This document shows positions 49,326 to 58,760 of a DNA stretch of 64,000 nt, one piece after another. The DNA is taken from positions 48,416 to 112,415 of the forward strand of contig JABCTC010000004.1 in assembly GCA_018238545.1 (NCBI GenBank), read 5' to 3'. Both the position numbers and the translations under genes were made by a program. The stretch comes from Candidatus Heimdallarchaeota archaeon (GTDB lineage: Archaea; Asgardarchaeota; Heimdallarchaeia; Heimdallarchaeales; Heimdallarchaeaceae). The notes under the pieces were generated by a model. That model was not told the DNA's origin and ran no database searches. It was given only the letters and a program-made list of their open reading frames with translations. The stretch's first letter is position 1. The number at the start of each line of letters is the position of its first letter.

Positions 49326-50648
49326 CTACCTTAATCCTAATCTCTTTCGTGGATGTATGAACATCTTTGGATTTTCACCATTCTCTGCAAAGTAATCAAT
49401 GAGTTGATCAGCTACAACATCGCGTTCAGAGAATTTGACGATTGTTGTATTATGAGCAAAGGCTAAATCAAAGAAGTAACCGCAATATCTAACGTCTCTT
49501 GCTAACCAATCTATTTCTTTAAACATTTGTATTTCGTTTTGCTTTTCCTTTTTCTTATCATTATCAAATATTTTCTCTTTCCACCATTTTTCATCTAAAT
49601 CTATACGCAATATTGGTACCTCTGAAGAAAAGTGGAATAGATAAGTAACTCCATAAGATGGAGGAATATGAGGTCTATCTTTTAAGATATTGAGAGCAAA
49701 TTTATCTCGAGCAGGAGATGGAACTCGGAAATACCATTTTTTCTCGCTCCCCAATTTCTTTTCCAAATCATCTGCTAAACGGTATATGAAAGGAAATGTT
49801 GTGGTTTTGCTTACTGCTATAACACAGGTATCTTTGTCTAGTGCTTTCTCATTAATATCTTTGAGAAGATAGTTGGAAGCTAAACGAGGGAGATTTTGAC
49901 CTGGAGATAGAAGCATATTCATCGATCCATCTAAAAAGAGATACTTGAAATGAATATCAGAATTCAACAAAGAATGTGCTAAAGCGTATTCAAGTACTTC
50001 TCTAAATTGTTCAAACCAACCTCTAGGAGAGTTTGGTTTAGGGGATACCATCCAAGTAGAGTAATCTGGGAACGCTCCTTTGTACAATTTAAACTTCAGC
50101 TGAATAGCTACCATTCTTATTGTAGCTTCTGAATTCATTTTTGGAACTGCTTTATTTGGATGTTGTTTTGTGAATTCATCGGTTACAATGCTTTTAATTA
50201 TTCGGAAAACAATATCCATAAGTTTTTCACCATAATTATATTCGATAAAACTTTCAAATTCCTTCCATACTTCTTTTTCCTTATCTTCACGTAATAAAAT
50301 AAGACGAAGAATACCTTCAGGATGAGAACAAATTGGAGGAGTAATATCAATTTGTTTTGTGGTTCCCTGATTGAAACTTGTCTTATCTGCGGCAAAAGCT
50401 GCAGTTAGTAGATGGATACCTATATCATTTAGAGAAATTAGACCATCTGCACCAGAACCATCTATTGCGACTACATCGAAATCCTCTCGTTCACAAACAG
50501 ATTCAAGTGGGTCAATAATAACTAATTTCTTTAAAAGAAACTCTAAATCAGCTTTGTAAGCTGCATCATCTTCTAATTCAATCGCTTTAAATTTTTTATA
50601 GATTTTTGCGAATTCATTTCCTAGTGTTTTGTCAAAAAAAACTTGCAT
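49326..50648 (-). CDS. nurA: NurA nuclease
   Basis: VAIDGS, EVLE, FLDGS, AVSKT, GYFFDLAFAH; first gene of the herA-mre11-rad50 run. Confidence 0.87.
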   Translation of the reverse strand: MQVFFDKTLGNEFAKIYKKFKAIELEDDAAYKADLEFLLKKLVIIDPLESVCEREDFDVVAIDGSGADGLISLNDIGIHLLTAAFAADKTSFNQGTTKQIDITPPICSHPEGILRLILLREDKEKEVWKEFESFIEYNYGEKLMDIVFRIIKSIVTDEFTKQHPNKAVPKMNSEATIRMVAIQLKFKLYKGAFPDYSTWMVSPKPNSPRGWFEQFREVLEYALAHSLLNSDIHFKYLFLDGSMNMLLSPGQNLPRLASNYLLKDINEKALDKDTCVIAVSKTTTFPFIYRLADDLEKKLGSEKKWYFRVPSPARDKFALNILKDRPHIPPSYGVTYLFHFSSEVPILRIDLDEKWWKEKIFDNDKKKEKQNEIQMFKEIDWLARDVRYCGYFFDLAFAHNTTIVKFSERDVVADQLIDYFAENGENPKMFIHPRKRLGLR

Positions 50649-50821
50649 TGATAGACTCCTCTTTTCAAAGAAGATTACTGTATATTAAAATATTTTTGGC
50701 AGAGTAGTGTAAAAGTATAAAAGTGATTTAGCAATCGTCCTTAGCTAATAAACAATAGCATAACATTAAAATAAGTTCTCAAGTAGGGTTACTAACAAAT
50801 AAAAAGTCAGGGAAAAGTAAA

Positions 50822-51415
50822 GTGAAAATGATTGATAATCTTAGACAATACATGTCTATGGTTGAGGGCGAAAATATTTTACGCAGATATTTTGTTATGA
50901 ACGGATTTGATGGAGCATTAACCGCTTTCGGGATTATTCTTGGTTCTTGGATTGCAGGTGCTACTGATCCCACTATTTTAATTATCGCAGGAATGAGTGC
51001 AAGTTTTGCTATGGGAATTTCAGGTTTCTGGATAGCTTATCTAACAGAAAGAGCAGAAAGAACAAAAGATCAGAAAAAACTAGAAGATGCAATGGTAACA
51101 GATCTTAAAAACACAAAAATAGCGAAAGCTAATTTCTATGTATCATTAATAATCGCATTTGTTGATGGTATGTCACCACTTATATTTTCATTAATTGCTA
51201 TTATACCATTTCTATTTGTTTTAGGTGGTGGAAGTATGTTAATAGCTTATATAGTTTCTACTGGATTGGTACTAGTAGAAGTTACAGTTTTAGGTCTGTT
51301 TCTAGGAGCTGTATCTGGAAAAAACAAAATACTTTATGCGCTAAAAATCCTGCCAGCTGCTGCTGTACTTGCAGGATTAACCTTTTTGCTAGAAGTTCTT
51401 GTAGTTGGGCATTGA
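50822..51415 (+). CDS. VIT1/CCC1 family membrane protein (archaeal type)
   Basis: RRYFVMNGFDGALT, AMGISG...YLTERAE, DGMSP; about 5 TM. Confidence 0.85.
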   Translation: MKMIDNLRQYMSMVEGENILRRYFVMNGFDGALTAFGIILGSWIAGATDPTILIIAGMSASFAMGISGFWIAYLTERAERTKDQKKLEDAMVTDLKNTKIAKANFYVSLIIAFVDGMSPLIFSLIAIIPFLFVLGGGSMLIAYIVSTGLVLVEVTVLGLFLGAVSGKNKILYALKILPAAAVLAGLTFLLEVLVVGH

Positions 51416-51484
51416 AGGGAAAATCCCACCCTTTTTACATCTTTTGACACAAAACTAAAGAATGTTGGTGCCTACAGTTTTCTA

Positions 51485-52861
51485 ATGCCTAAGAAGAAAG
51501 AGAAAGACTATGATGTAATCATTGTTGGTGCAGGAATTGCAGGTTGCGTTTTAGGTTTTCATCTAGCTAATGCAAGAATTAAAGTGAAAGTTATAGAGAA
51601 AAAATCAGAAGATAACCTATTTGAGGATTGGTGCGATTCAATAGAGAAGAAAGCTTTTGCATTTGCTGGAATTCAAGCTCCGAAAGGAGATGAAATAAGA
51701 GAGGAACGCGATCATCTTGCTATTCTAACTCCTGATTTACAAACAACAATTCACTTAGGCTATTATGATTATTGGATTGTAGATAGAAAACTCTTTCATC
51801 AAAGATTATTATCCGATGCTGAAAAAGCAGGTTGTGAATTTTTATTTGAGACAGAAATTGTTGAACCTATGGGAAAGGGAATGTGGGTTATTGGAGTGAA
51901 AACAAAAGAAGGTATTATTCACAATGCAAGAATGATAGTAGACTGTTCAGGTAAAGAACGTATTTTAGGTATGAATATTGAAATTTTAGATTTGAATCTT
52001 AAACCTAACAAATCAGACATTATCAATGCTTATAGAGAGATACACAAAATCAATTCAAAAGAGCTTAATTGGGGAGAGCATGAGATTAAGCAGAACACAT
52101 TGTATTACAGACATGGATATTATGGAGGTTATAACTGGTTAAACTTCCTGAAAGAAGATGAGATAGATATTGGAGCTTGTGTTGGTAAATCTATAACAAA
52201 TAAATCACCAAAGGGTATGGTAAACGATTTTGTCAATTCAAATGCAATAATTGACAATAAGAAGCTTAGAGGTGGGGGAGATAGGATAATCATCAGAAGA
52301 CCGATCACATTAGTTTGGTATGGATTTATGCTTGTAGGACAAGCTGCTTGTCAAACAATATCAACCAATGGTTGTGGTATAGGGTCAGCGATGATTGCTT
52401 CAAAGATTGCAGCAGAAGTGATAGTAGCAGCTGTTAAAAGAAAAGAAGTTTCAATAGATAGTTTGTGGGAGTATCAGGTTCGATTTACTAAAGAAAGAGG
52501 AAGGGATCTTGCAGCAAATGATATCTTAAGGTTGGGGTTACAAAAACTGAATGAAGATGATACTTCATTTCTTATGAGAAAAAAAATAGTTACTAGAATA
52601 GATTTAGAAAACATGATTCATGCTAAATTCAGAAAAATAACCTTGCTTAGAACAATAATCACAGCATTTAAGGGGATAAAAAGAATAAAACTGATGCTCT
52701 TTGTCCGAAAACTCACAACGCAAGCTAATAAAATTTTCAAGCACTATAAGAATTTACCAAAAGAGTACAACACCAGAAGATATCATGAATGGTTACTAAG
52801 GTCTATGCAACTATTCAAAGAAATTGAAGACTTAGAGCCAGATTTTGTAGGTAATATTTAA
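51485..52861 (+). CDS. Geranylgeranyl reductase-family FAD-dependent oxidoreductase
   Basis: DVIIVGAGIAG, VDR, VDCSG, GYNW, LVGQAACQ...GCGI, LWEYQ. Confidence 0.75.
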   Translation: MPKKKEKDYDVIIVGAGIAGCVLGFHLANARIKVKVIEKKSEDNLFEDWCDSIEKKAFAFAGIQAPKGDEIREERDHLAILTPDLQTTIHLGYYDYWIVDRKLFHQRLLSDAEKAGCEFLFETEIVEPMGKGMWVIGVKTKEGIIHNARMIVDCSGKERILGMNIEILDLNLKPNKSDIINAYREIHKINSKELNWGEHEIKQNTLYYRHGYYGGYNWLNFLKEDEIDIGACVGKSITNKSPKGMVNDFVNSNAIIDNKKLRGGGDRIIIRRPITLVWYGFMLVGQAACQTISTNGCGIGSAMIASKIAAEVIVAAVKRKEVSIDSLWEYQVRFTKERGRDLAANDILRLGLQKLNEDDTSFLMRKKIVTRIDLENMIHAKFRKITLLRTIITAFKGIKRIKLMLFVRKLTTQANKIFKHYKNLPKEYNTRRYHEWLLRSMQLFKEIEDLEPDFVGNI

Positions 52862-52885
52862 AAAAAGTGTTATTTTACTTTATAT

Positions 52886-53743
52886 ATGGATGATGAATCG
52901 GGAAATTTACGGTTCATACTCGAAAAAATACTAGGTGTAGAGGATAGTAGTAAAAGAGCTGTTTTTGTAATAAATGTAACTGAGAAACCTGACTGGAAGA
53001 CTCAGGACATTGACGATGAAATCAAGTTTCAATCCAAAAATCACAAAATGGAAGGGAGCGAGATAAATACAACTAATTTTAGAAAGATATATAGTGGAAT
53101 ATCTAGAAGAAAAATGCCTGTTCTTCCTTTGAAGAGTAAGGAAGAGGAAGTTACAGGAGCTTTTCTGCTAAAATTAATCTCAAAAATCTGGAAATTATCA
53201 ATAAGAGAGAAAGTAGAGGATATCAAGCTAATACCTTACGAAGATGATCCAGATAGAGCAAGATATTTGCAATTTTCATTCCCTAGCGGCATTTTCATAA
53301 TAAGAAGTATCCATCAGCTCTTCCCAACTGATGATTATTATGAAATTAACATGGAATACTCGAAAAAGTATGCTTTAGCGTATTCTAAGTTCAAAGAGCT
53401 TGAACCTTTCATTGTAGATAGAATAATAGATTTACTCTCAACTGATGAGATTGCTCCATCTTTTGAAGCATGGGAGAAAAATCTCCAAAGATACGATTTA
53501 CCAAATGTTGATACAGCTAACATAACTTTGTCAAAAAAACTTGCAGATGGTTTACCTGCTGAAGAGTTAGATATTCTAGTCAATCAAATCAGAGAGATTA
53601 TGACAGAAAATGACTGGGAAAATCAAACAGATAAACAAACTATTGAAAGATTTTCAATCTTTTTGAAATACGTTAAGAAGATTAGAAAAGTAAAGAAAAA
53701 AGAACCTCCTCAAGATTATTCGTTTATTTTAGACGATAATTAA
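52886..53743 (+). CDS. Hypothetical soluble protein
   Basis: 285-aa open frame co-oriented 24 nt after the reductase; no motif recognised. Confidence 0.6.
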   Translation: MDDESGNLRFILEKILGVEDSSKRAVFVINVTEKPDWKTQDIDDEIKFQSKNHKMEGSEINTTNFRKIYSGISRRKMPVLPLKSKEEEVTGAFLLKLISKIWKLSIREKVEDIKLIPYEDDPDRARYLQFSFPSGIFIIRSIHQLFPTDDYYEINMEYSKKYALAYSKFKELEPFIVDRIIDLLSTDEIAPSFEAWEKNLQRYDLPNVDTANITLSKKLADGLPAEELDILVNQIREIMTENDWENQTDKQTIERFSIFLKYVKKIRKVKKKEPPQDYSFILDDN

Positions 53744-53766
53744 GAAAAGAATTCTATCTTCTATAT

Positions 53767-54336
53767 TTAACCTGCAATTTTCTTTCCAAGTTCGTAAACC
53801 TCTTCTAGAAGTTTTAGATTTTTTGCAGCATCACCTATCTTATGTGCTGTACCATGAACTGTACCAACTATTTCATTGTTCATAAATTTCATCGAATCTT
53901 CTAGTGATCCTATTGCATTGAACACTCCAGAGCTTTCTGGATCATTAGCTCCATACACTAGGATATTTGCAATCTTCTTCTTTGTAAAGGCATATTCCTT
54001 TTCACCTTGAAGAGCATAGAGTCGATCTATGAATAATTTCAGCTGAGCAGAAATATTGAACCAGAAAACAGGGGAAGCAAAAACTATTTTCTCTGCTTCA
54101 AGAAATTTGGGATACAAATCATTCATATCATCCTTTTGCACACAAGAAAGCGCATTATTATTGACACACCAATTACAGTGTTGGCAGGGTTTGATATTCA
54201 TCTCATTCAGATTAAAAATTTCGAATTTAATGTCTGATTCAGTAAGAGCTTTTGCAAATTCATTAATTAAAACAACAGTATTACCTTTCTTCCTAGGGCT
54301 GCCATTAAAAATCAACACTTTGGACATACCATACAC
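53767..54336 (-). CDS. Iron-sulfur flavoprotein / NADPH-dependent FMN reductase family
   Basis: GSPRKKGNT, CQHCNWC...C.QKDD, FASPVFW, LKLFIDR. Confidence 0.9.
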   Translation of the reverse strand: MYGMSKVLIFNGSPRKKGNTVVLINEFAKALTESDIKFEIFNLNEMNIKPCQHCNWCVNNNALSCVQKDDMNDLYPKFLEAEKIVFASPVFWFNISAQLKLFIDRLYALQGEKEYAFTKKKIANILVYGANDPESSGVFNAIGSLEDSMKFMNNEIVGTVHGTAHKIGDAAKNLKLLEEVYELGKKIAG

Positions 54337-54483
54337 TAAGTATTATCATTAATAAAATTTGTTTGTTAATTCTGAGAAGCATAGTCTTAAACATTTACAG
54401 CTTTTGAAGAAAAAGAACATTTCTTGGTCATATTGTCTTCGGAAGGTTTATTATTCCACTTGAGTATAATTTCACTTGATATT

Positions 54484-56262
54484 ATGATAAATGAGATAAT
54501 ACGAATAAATGTATCAGAAATGTCATATACTATGGAAGAAATTCCAGAGAAATACAAATATCTAGGAGGAAGAGGTTTAACAAGCGCTATTGTTGCCGAT
54601 GAAGTTGATCCTAAAACTGATCCACTTGGTCCTGGGAACAAGATTGTTTTTGCTCCAGGGATATTAAGTGGAACTTCTGCGCCAAGTTCGGGAAGACTAT
54701 CTGTTGGGGCAAAAAGTCCTATGACAGGTGGGATTAAAGAAGCAAATGCAGGTGGATTAACAGCCGTACGCTTAGCAAAACTAGGAATCAAAGCTGTAAT
54801 TGTCGAAGGGTTTCCAGAACACAAAGACTGGTATCATGTTCTTATTTCAAAAGACAAAATTGAGTTTATTAAAGCAAATGAACATGCCAATATGGGACTA
54901 TATGAACTTATAGAAAAACTATGGAAAAAACATCCAAAATCAGGATTATGTGGAGCTGGAATAGCTGGACAAAGATTACTCAAAAATGCAGGTATTTTTG
55001 GTAATAATCCTGAGAATACAGATCCAGGTAGATATGCTGGGCGAGGTGGGTTAGGAGCCGTTCTAGGATCAAAGAGGATTATAGCTATAATAACAGACGA
55101 TACTGGTGGAGAGCGACCAATGCCTGTGAATGAAGAATTGTTCAATACAGGTCGTACAAAGATGGTCAATGCCCTCAACGAGCACGCAATTACAGGTGGA
55201 AAAGCTGGGACTGATAAAGGAGCTCTCAAAAATTATGGAACTAATGTTCTTCAAAACATAATTAATGAAGCTGGAGCTTTACCGACTAAGAATTTTAGAT
55301 CAGGATACTTTGAAGGCGCAAAGAACATTTCTGGTGAAGCAGTGCATGAACTTGTCGATGAAACAAATGAAAAGTTTGGTGACAAAGCTGAAGGAGGATA
55401 CGGTCATGCTTGTCATCCAGGATGTATAATACGATGTAGCAATACAGTACCAGACAAGAATACTGGAAAAGCAATCGTTTCACCTTTAGAATATGAATCA
55501 GCATGGGCATTAGGAACAAATCTTATTATTGACAGTTTAGAACATGTAGCAAAGCTGAATCGTATTTGTAATGATATAGGTATAGATACTATCGATGCTG
55601 GTAATGCCCTTGCAGTCGCAATGGAAGCAGGAAAAATCCCTTGGGGTGATGGTCAAGCTGCAATTGAGTTCATGAAGAAAGGTTATGACCCTAATGATGA
55701 AGATGGTGCTACTTTCATGCAAGGAGCAAATATTGCCGCTAAAACATGGGGTATCGATCGTGTTGCAGTTGTTAAAGGTCAAGCTTTACCAGCATATGAT
55801 CCAAGACCAATAAGAGGTATAGGCGTAACATATGCTACAACAACAATGGGAGCAGATCATACTGCAGGATATACAATTGCACCTGAGATTTTAGGTAGTG
55901 CGGGTGGTGCAGATCCTCGAGAACTGAATAAAGCAGATTTAAGCAGAGCATTCCAATCTACAACGGCATATGTTGACCAATCAGGTTACTGTCTTTTCAT
56001 CGCTTTTGCCATTCTAGACATAGCTGAAGGAATGGAAGGATTAGAAGAGACTGTTGCTGGTTTCCTAGGAAAAAAGAAATACGATATAACTACAGTTGGG
56101 AATAAAATACTCAAGATAGAAAGAGAGTTCAATAAGAAAGCAGGCTTTACAAAGGATGATGATCGACTACCTAAATTCTTTGTAGATGAAAAACTTCCTC
56201 CTCATGATGTAACATTTGATGTAACAAACGAAGAGTTAGATGCTGTCTTTGATAAAATGTAA
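54484..56262 (+). CDS. aor: Tungsten-containing aldehyde:ferredoxin oxidoreductase
   Basis: LGGRGL, KSPMTGGIKEANAGG, GRGGLGAVLGSK, CHPGCIIRC, EYES, DIGIDTI, YDPR, GADHT, DDRLP; start taken at ATG 54484 (MINEIIRIN). Confidence 0.92.
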   Translation: MINEIIRINVSEMSYTMEEIPEKYKYLGGRGLTSAIVADEVDPKTDPLGPGNKIVFAPGILSGTSAPSSGRLSVGAKSPMTGGIKEANAGGLTAVRLAKLGIKAVIVEGFPEHKDWYHVLISKDKIEFIKANEHANMGLYELIEKLWKKHPKSGLCGAGIAGQRLLKNAGIFGNNPENTDPGRYAGRGGLGAVLGSKRIIAIITDDTGGERPMPVNEELFNTGRTKMVNALNEHAITGGKAGTDKGALKNYGTNVLQNIINEAGALPTKNFRSGYFEGAKNISGEAVHELVDETNEKFGDKAEGGYGHACHPGCIIRCSNTVPDKNTGKAIVSPLEYESAWALGTNLIIDSLEHVAKLNRICNDIGIDTIDAGNALAVAMEAGKIPWGDGQAAIEFMKKGYDPNDEDGATFMQGANIAAKTWGIDRVAVVKGQALPAYDPRPIRGIGVTYATTTMGADHTAGYTIAPEILGSAGGADPRELNKADLSRAFQSTTAYVDQSGYCLFIAFAILDIAEGMEGLEETVAGFLGKKKYDITTVGNKILKIEREFNKKAGFTKDDDRLPKFFVDEKLPPHDVTFDVTNEELDAVFDKM

Positions 56263-56307
56263 AATCAGTTCCAAAAGCTATAGAAAAAAAATACAAACTT
56301 GTAAACC

Positions 56308-56328
56308 TCTTCCTTTTCTTTTTTCTTT
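56308..56328 (+). terminator. Pyrimidine/T-tract terminator after aor
   Basis: tcttccttttcttttttcttt. Confidence 0.45.
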
Positions 56329-56412
56329 AAATTCTCTATCATGTGATATGATATTTAATCAAAGTAAAAACTTAAATTGATTCTGTGAATGAATCAAAGG
56401 GTATTATTCGAT

Positions 56413-56736
56413 ATGTCAATAATAAATATCCATCTTTATGGAAAACTTAGAAAGCTAGCTGAAAATTCTGGTTCCACGGATGAATCAAAAATTGAATTGA
56501 GCTGGAATAAAGATGAAACACTAGCCCATCTTATTAATAATAGATTAAATCTAAGTTTTGATGAAATTGGTGAAATATTCATCAACCATAGCCCGATATG
56601 CAAATATGATGTAATCATACCAGAAGGAGCAAGAATAGGTCTTTTTGCTGAAGGTATGTACTTGCTTTGTGGAGGACAGCATATGAAAGGTCATGGTTTC
56701 ATAGAAAAAAAAGTGAAAGAAGTGGATTATTGGTAA
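56413..56736 (+). CDS. MoaD/ThiS-like beta-grasp protein with internal CGG and 19-aa extension
   Basis: INIHLYGKLRK, ETLAHLI, EIFIN, IPEGARIGLF align with the MoaD fold; then LLCGG-QHMKGHGF...DYW. Confidence 0.75.
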   Translation: MSIINIHLYGKLRKLAENSGSTDESKIELSWNKDETLAHLINNRLNLSFDEIGEIFINHSPICKYDVIIPEGARIGLFAEGMYLLCGGQHMKGHGFIEKKVKEVDYW

Positions 56737-56779
56737 TTGTGATTTATATGTGTAAAGATTCAAGTGAGGATGTTTTAGT

Positions 56780-57019
56780 TTGAAAATTAATTTGAAACTT
56801 TATGCAACACTAAGAAAATATCTTCCAAACACTGAAATTGGGGAAGCTGTAATCATAGAAGTTAAACAAGGATCAACAATAAAAGACATAATAGATAAGT
56901 TCACAATCGAAGAAGAACTAGCGAAGATAATTTTCGTTAATGGAATCCACGAGACATTAGACTATATTTTACAAGAAAATGATTTACCAGTAATATTTCC
57001 ACCCATAGGTGGAGGCTAA
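56780..57019 (+). CDS. moaD: MoaD/ThiS/SAMP-family sulfur carrier
   Basis: MKINLKLYATLRKY, IFVNG, C-terminal IFPPIGGG; adjacent to aor. Confidence 0.88.
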   Translation: MKINLKLYATLRKYLPNTEIGEAVIIEVKQGSTIKDIIDKFTIEEELAKIIFVNGIHETLDYILQENDLPVIFPPIGGG

Positions 57020-57195
57020 GAGAAAATTGCAAAACACATATTTTTTCAATAAACATTTTGTTTTCATTATTTTGCAAAGGGAAAAACAATAAGGTGTCTT
57101 CTCATATCAGAGACAATATTGGAAGAACTAACCTTTATTTCCTTTGGAGCAGGGTTTACTTCGAGTGGAAAAACGGAAGATAAAAAAAGAAAGAT

Positions 57196-58081
57196 TTAAT
57201 GATTTTTCAGAATTTCAGCCATTTTTTCGAAGTTTTTAAAGACAATAGAAAGATGTGCTTCATCCGGATAGAAAAATCCTTTACAATTTGGGATTAAATC
57301 ACATACTTCACGCCCTATAGAAATTGGTACATTTACATCCAACCCACCATGCCAGAGATAAACTTGAAGTTCCGGTGATATATCACTTAAATTAAAACCC
57401 CAAGGTTTTGCATATATTTTTTCTTCATATGTTACTCCGTTCGGTCCAGATCTGTAGGCTTCTTTAAATTCTGTTACAAAAATATCTAATATTTTAGGAT
57501 CCTGTAAAATCTTCCTATCTGGCTCAACCATTCTTTCAAAAATATTTAACATAAAATCTTTACTCTTCTCTGGTCATTGATTTTATCCATCATTTTTTTG
57601 ACTATTGCCTTCACAAGAAATGGAAACCAACGAGCGATAAAGAGACCAACACGATTTGATCTCATCATTTCTTTTTTACGCATATTAATAGGTCCCATTC
57701 CTGCAACGATAGCACAACATTCTAACCTCTGGGGGATCTTATAAGCACAAGCTGCAGCATAAGGACCACCTCCAGAGATTCCCTCAACAACAAATTTATC
57801 GATGCATAGATGGTCAGCAAGTTCAACAATATCATCAGGCCAATCTAGAAGTTTACGTCTAGGTTTGAAATCAGAAAGTCCAATACCTGGTCGATCAACA
57901 GCTATTACATGAAGACCTAATTTGGTTGGTTTGTCACCATATAGAAGAATTTCATATCGGGATCCGGATGACCATGAAAATGAAAAAAAGGTTTACCATT
58001 TAAATCCCCAAACTCAGCAAAACCTAGCTTTCTACCATCACTAAGTTCCAAAGTTTGGTTTAGTTTTTTATCTTCGTACAT
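57196..58081 (-). pseudogene. Alpha/beta hydrolase with two frameshifts
   Basis: Hand translation from ATG 58081: LSDGRKLGFAEFG...FHGHP / shift ~57965 / GSR...DRPGIGLS...GISGGGPYA / shift ~57573 / EKSKDFMLNIF...WHGGLDVNVP...EAHLS. Confidence 0.85.
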
Positions 58082-58243
58082 ACATCCTAAATAAATTAAC
58101 GATTTTTAAGTTTTATTGGTTCTTTGTTCGATTGCACTGCGACGATTCTAAAATATTCAACAAATTTTCCTAGCTTCTCATTGAAAAAAAGGAAAAAGAA
58201 TAGAAGTCAACTAAATTCATTTAAATATCAAGTATAATGTTAA

Positions 58244-58642
58244 ATGATGAAGAAACAAATGGAATATCAACAACCCGCAGACATTCTTGTATCAATTAAT
58301 GTTACTAATTTAAAAAAAGCAGAAAAATTTTGGGTTGAGGATTTGGGATTTAAAAGAGGATGGGATAAAGGATTAGATGATGGATGGCTTGAGATTGATA
58401 CTCCAGTGAAAGGTTTTATTATTGGCTTGAATCTAGTTAAAGAAGAAGAACTAGAAAGAGAAAATTCTAGAATAAATATCGCAGTGAAAAATGTTGAATC
58501 AGCTAAAGAATATCTAGAAAAAAGAGGAATCCAAGTAACAGAAATAAGAACTATACCTGGGATATTAAAAATCTTAACTATATTTGATCCTAATAAGAAT
58601 CCTGTTTCATTCGTTGAAGGATTGGATAAATACAGATACTGA
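58244..58642 (+). CDS. VOC/glyoxalase family protein
   Basis: INVTNLKKAEKFWVEDLGF, INIAVKNVE, IFDPNKNPVSFVE. Confidence 0.85.
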   Translation: MMKKQMEYQQPADILVSINVTNLKKAEKFWVEDLGFKRGWDKGLDDGWLEIDTPVKGFIIGLNLVKEEELERENSRINIAVKNVESAKEYLEKRGIQVTEIRTIPGILKILTIFDPNKNPVSFVEGLDKYRY

Positions 58643-58678
58643 AGTAGCATTATTGACTATGTTTGATTAATGATTAAG

Positions 58679-58724
58679 AATGAACCTATTCCAAGATTAT
58701 TTCAGCAGAATAGCTCGGTTCATT
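58679..58724. terminator. Stem-loop between convergent VOC and egsA genes
   Basis: aatgaacc-tattc ... gaatag-ctc-ggttcatt inverted repeat. Confidence 0.5.
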
Positions 58725-58760
58725 ACAGATAATGCTTGATAGAATAAAGAAAAAGTGGGG

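Noticed and set aside
47499-50648. HerA/NurA as an anti-phage defence system
   Set aside because: Tightly linked to mre11-rad50 in the standard archaeal repair arrangement; no SIR2 or other effector and no defence-island context
54424-54483. ORF-track N-terminal extension of aor
   Set aside because: AOR homology starts at MINEIIRIN (54484); the upstream codons lie in the divergent promoter region
54484-57150. Selenocysteine or pyrrolysine recoding around aor/moaD
   Set aside because: These genes end in TAA and no in-frame TGA/TAG interrupts a conserved domain; the downstream hairpins are not recognisably SECIS-like
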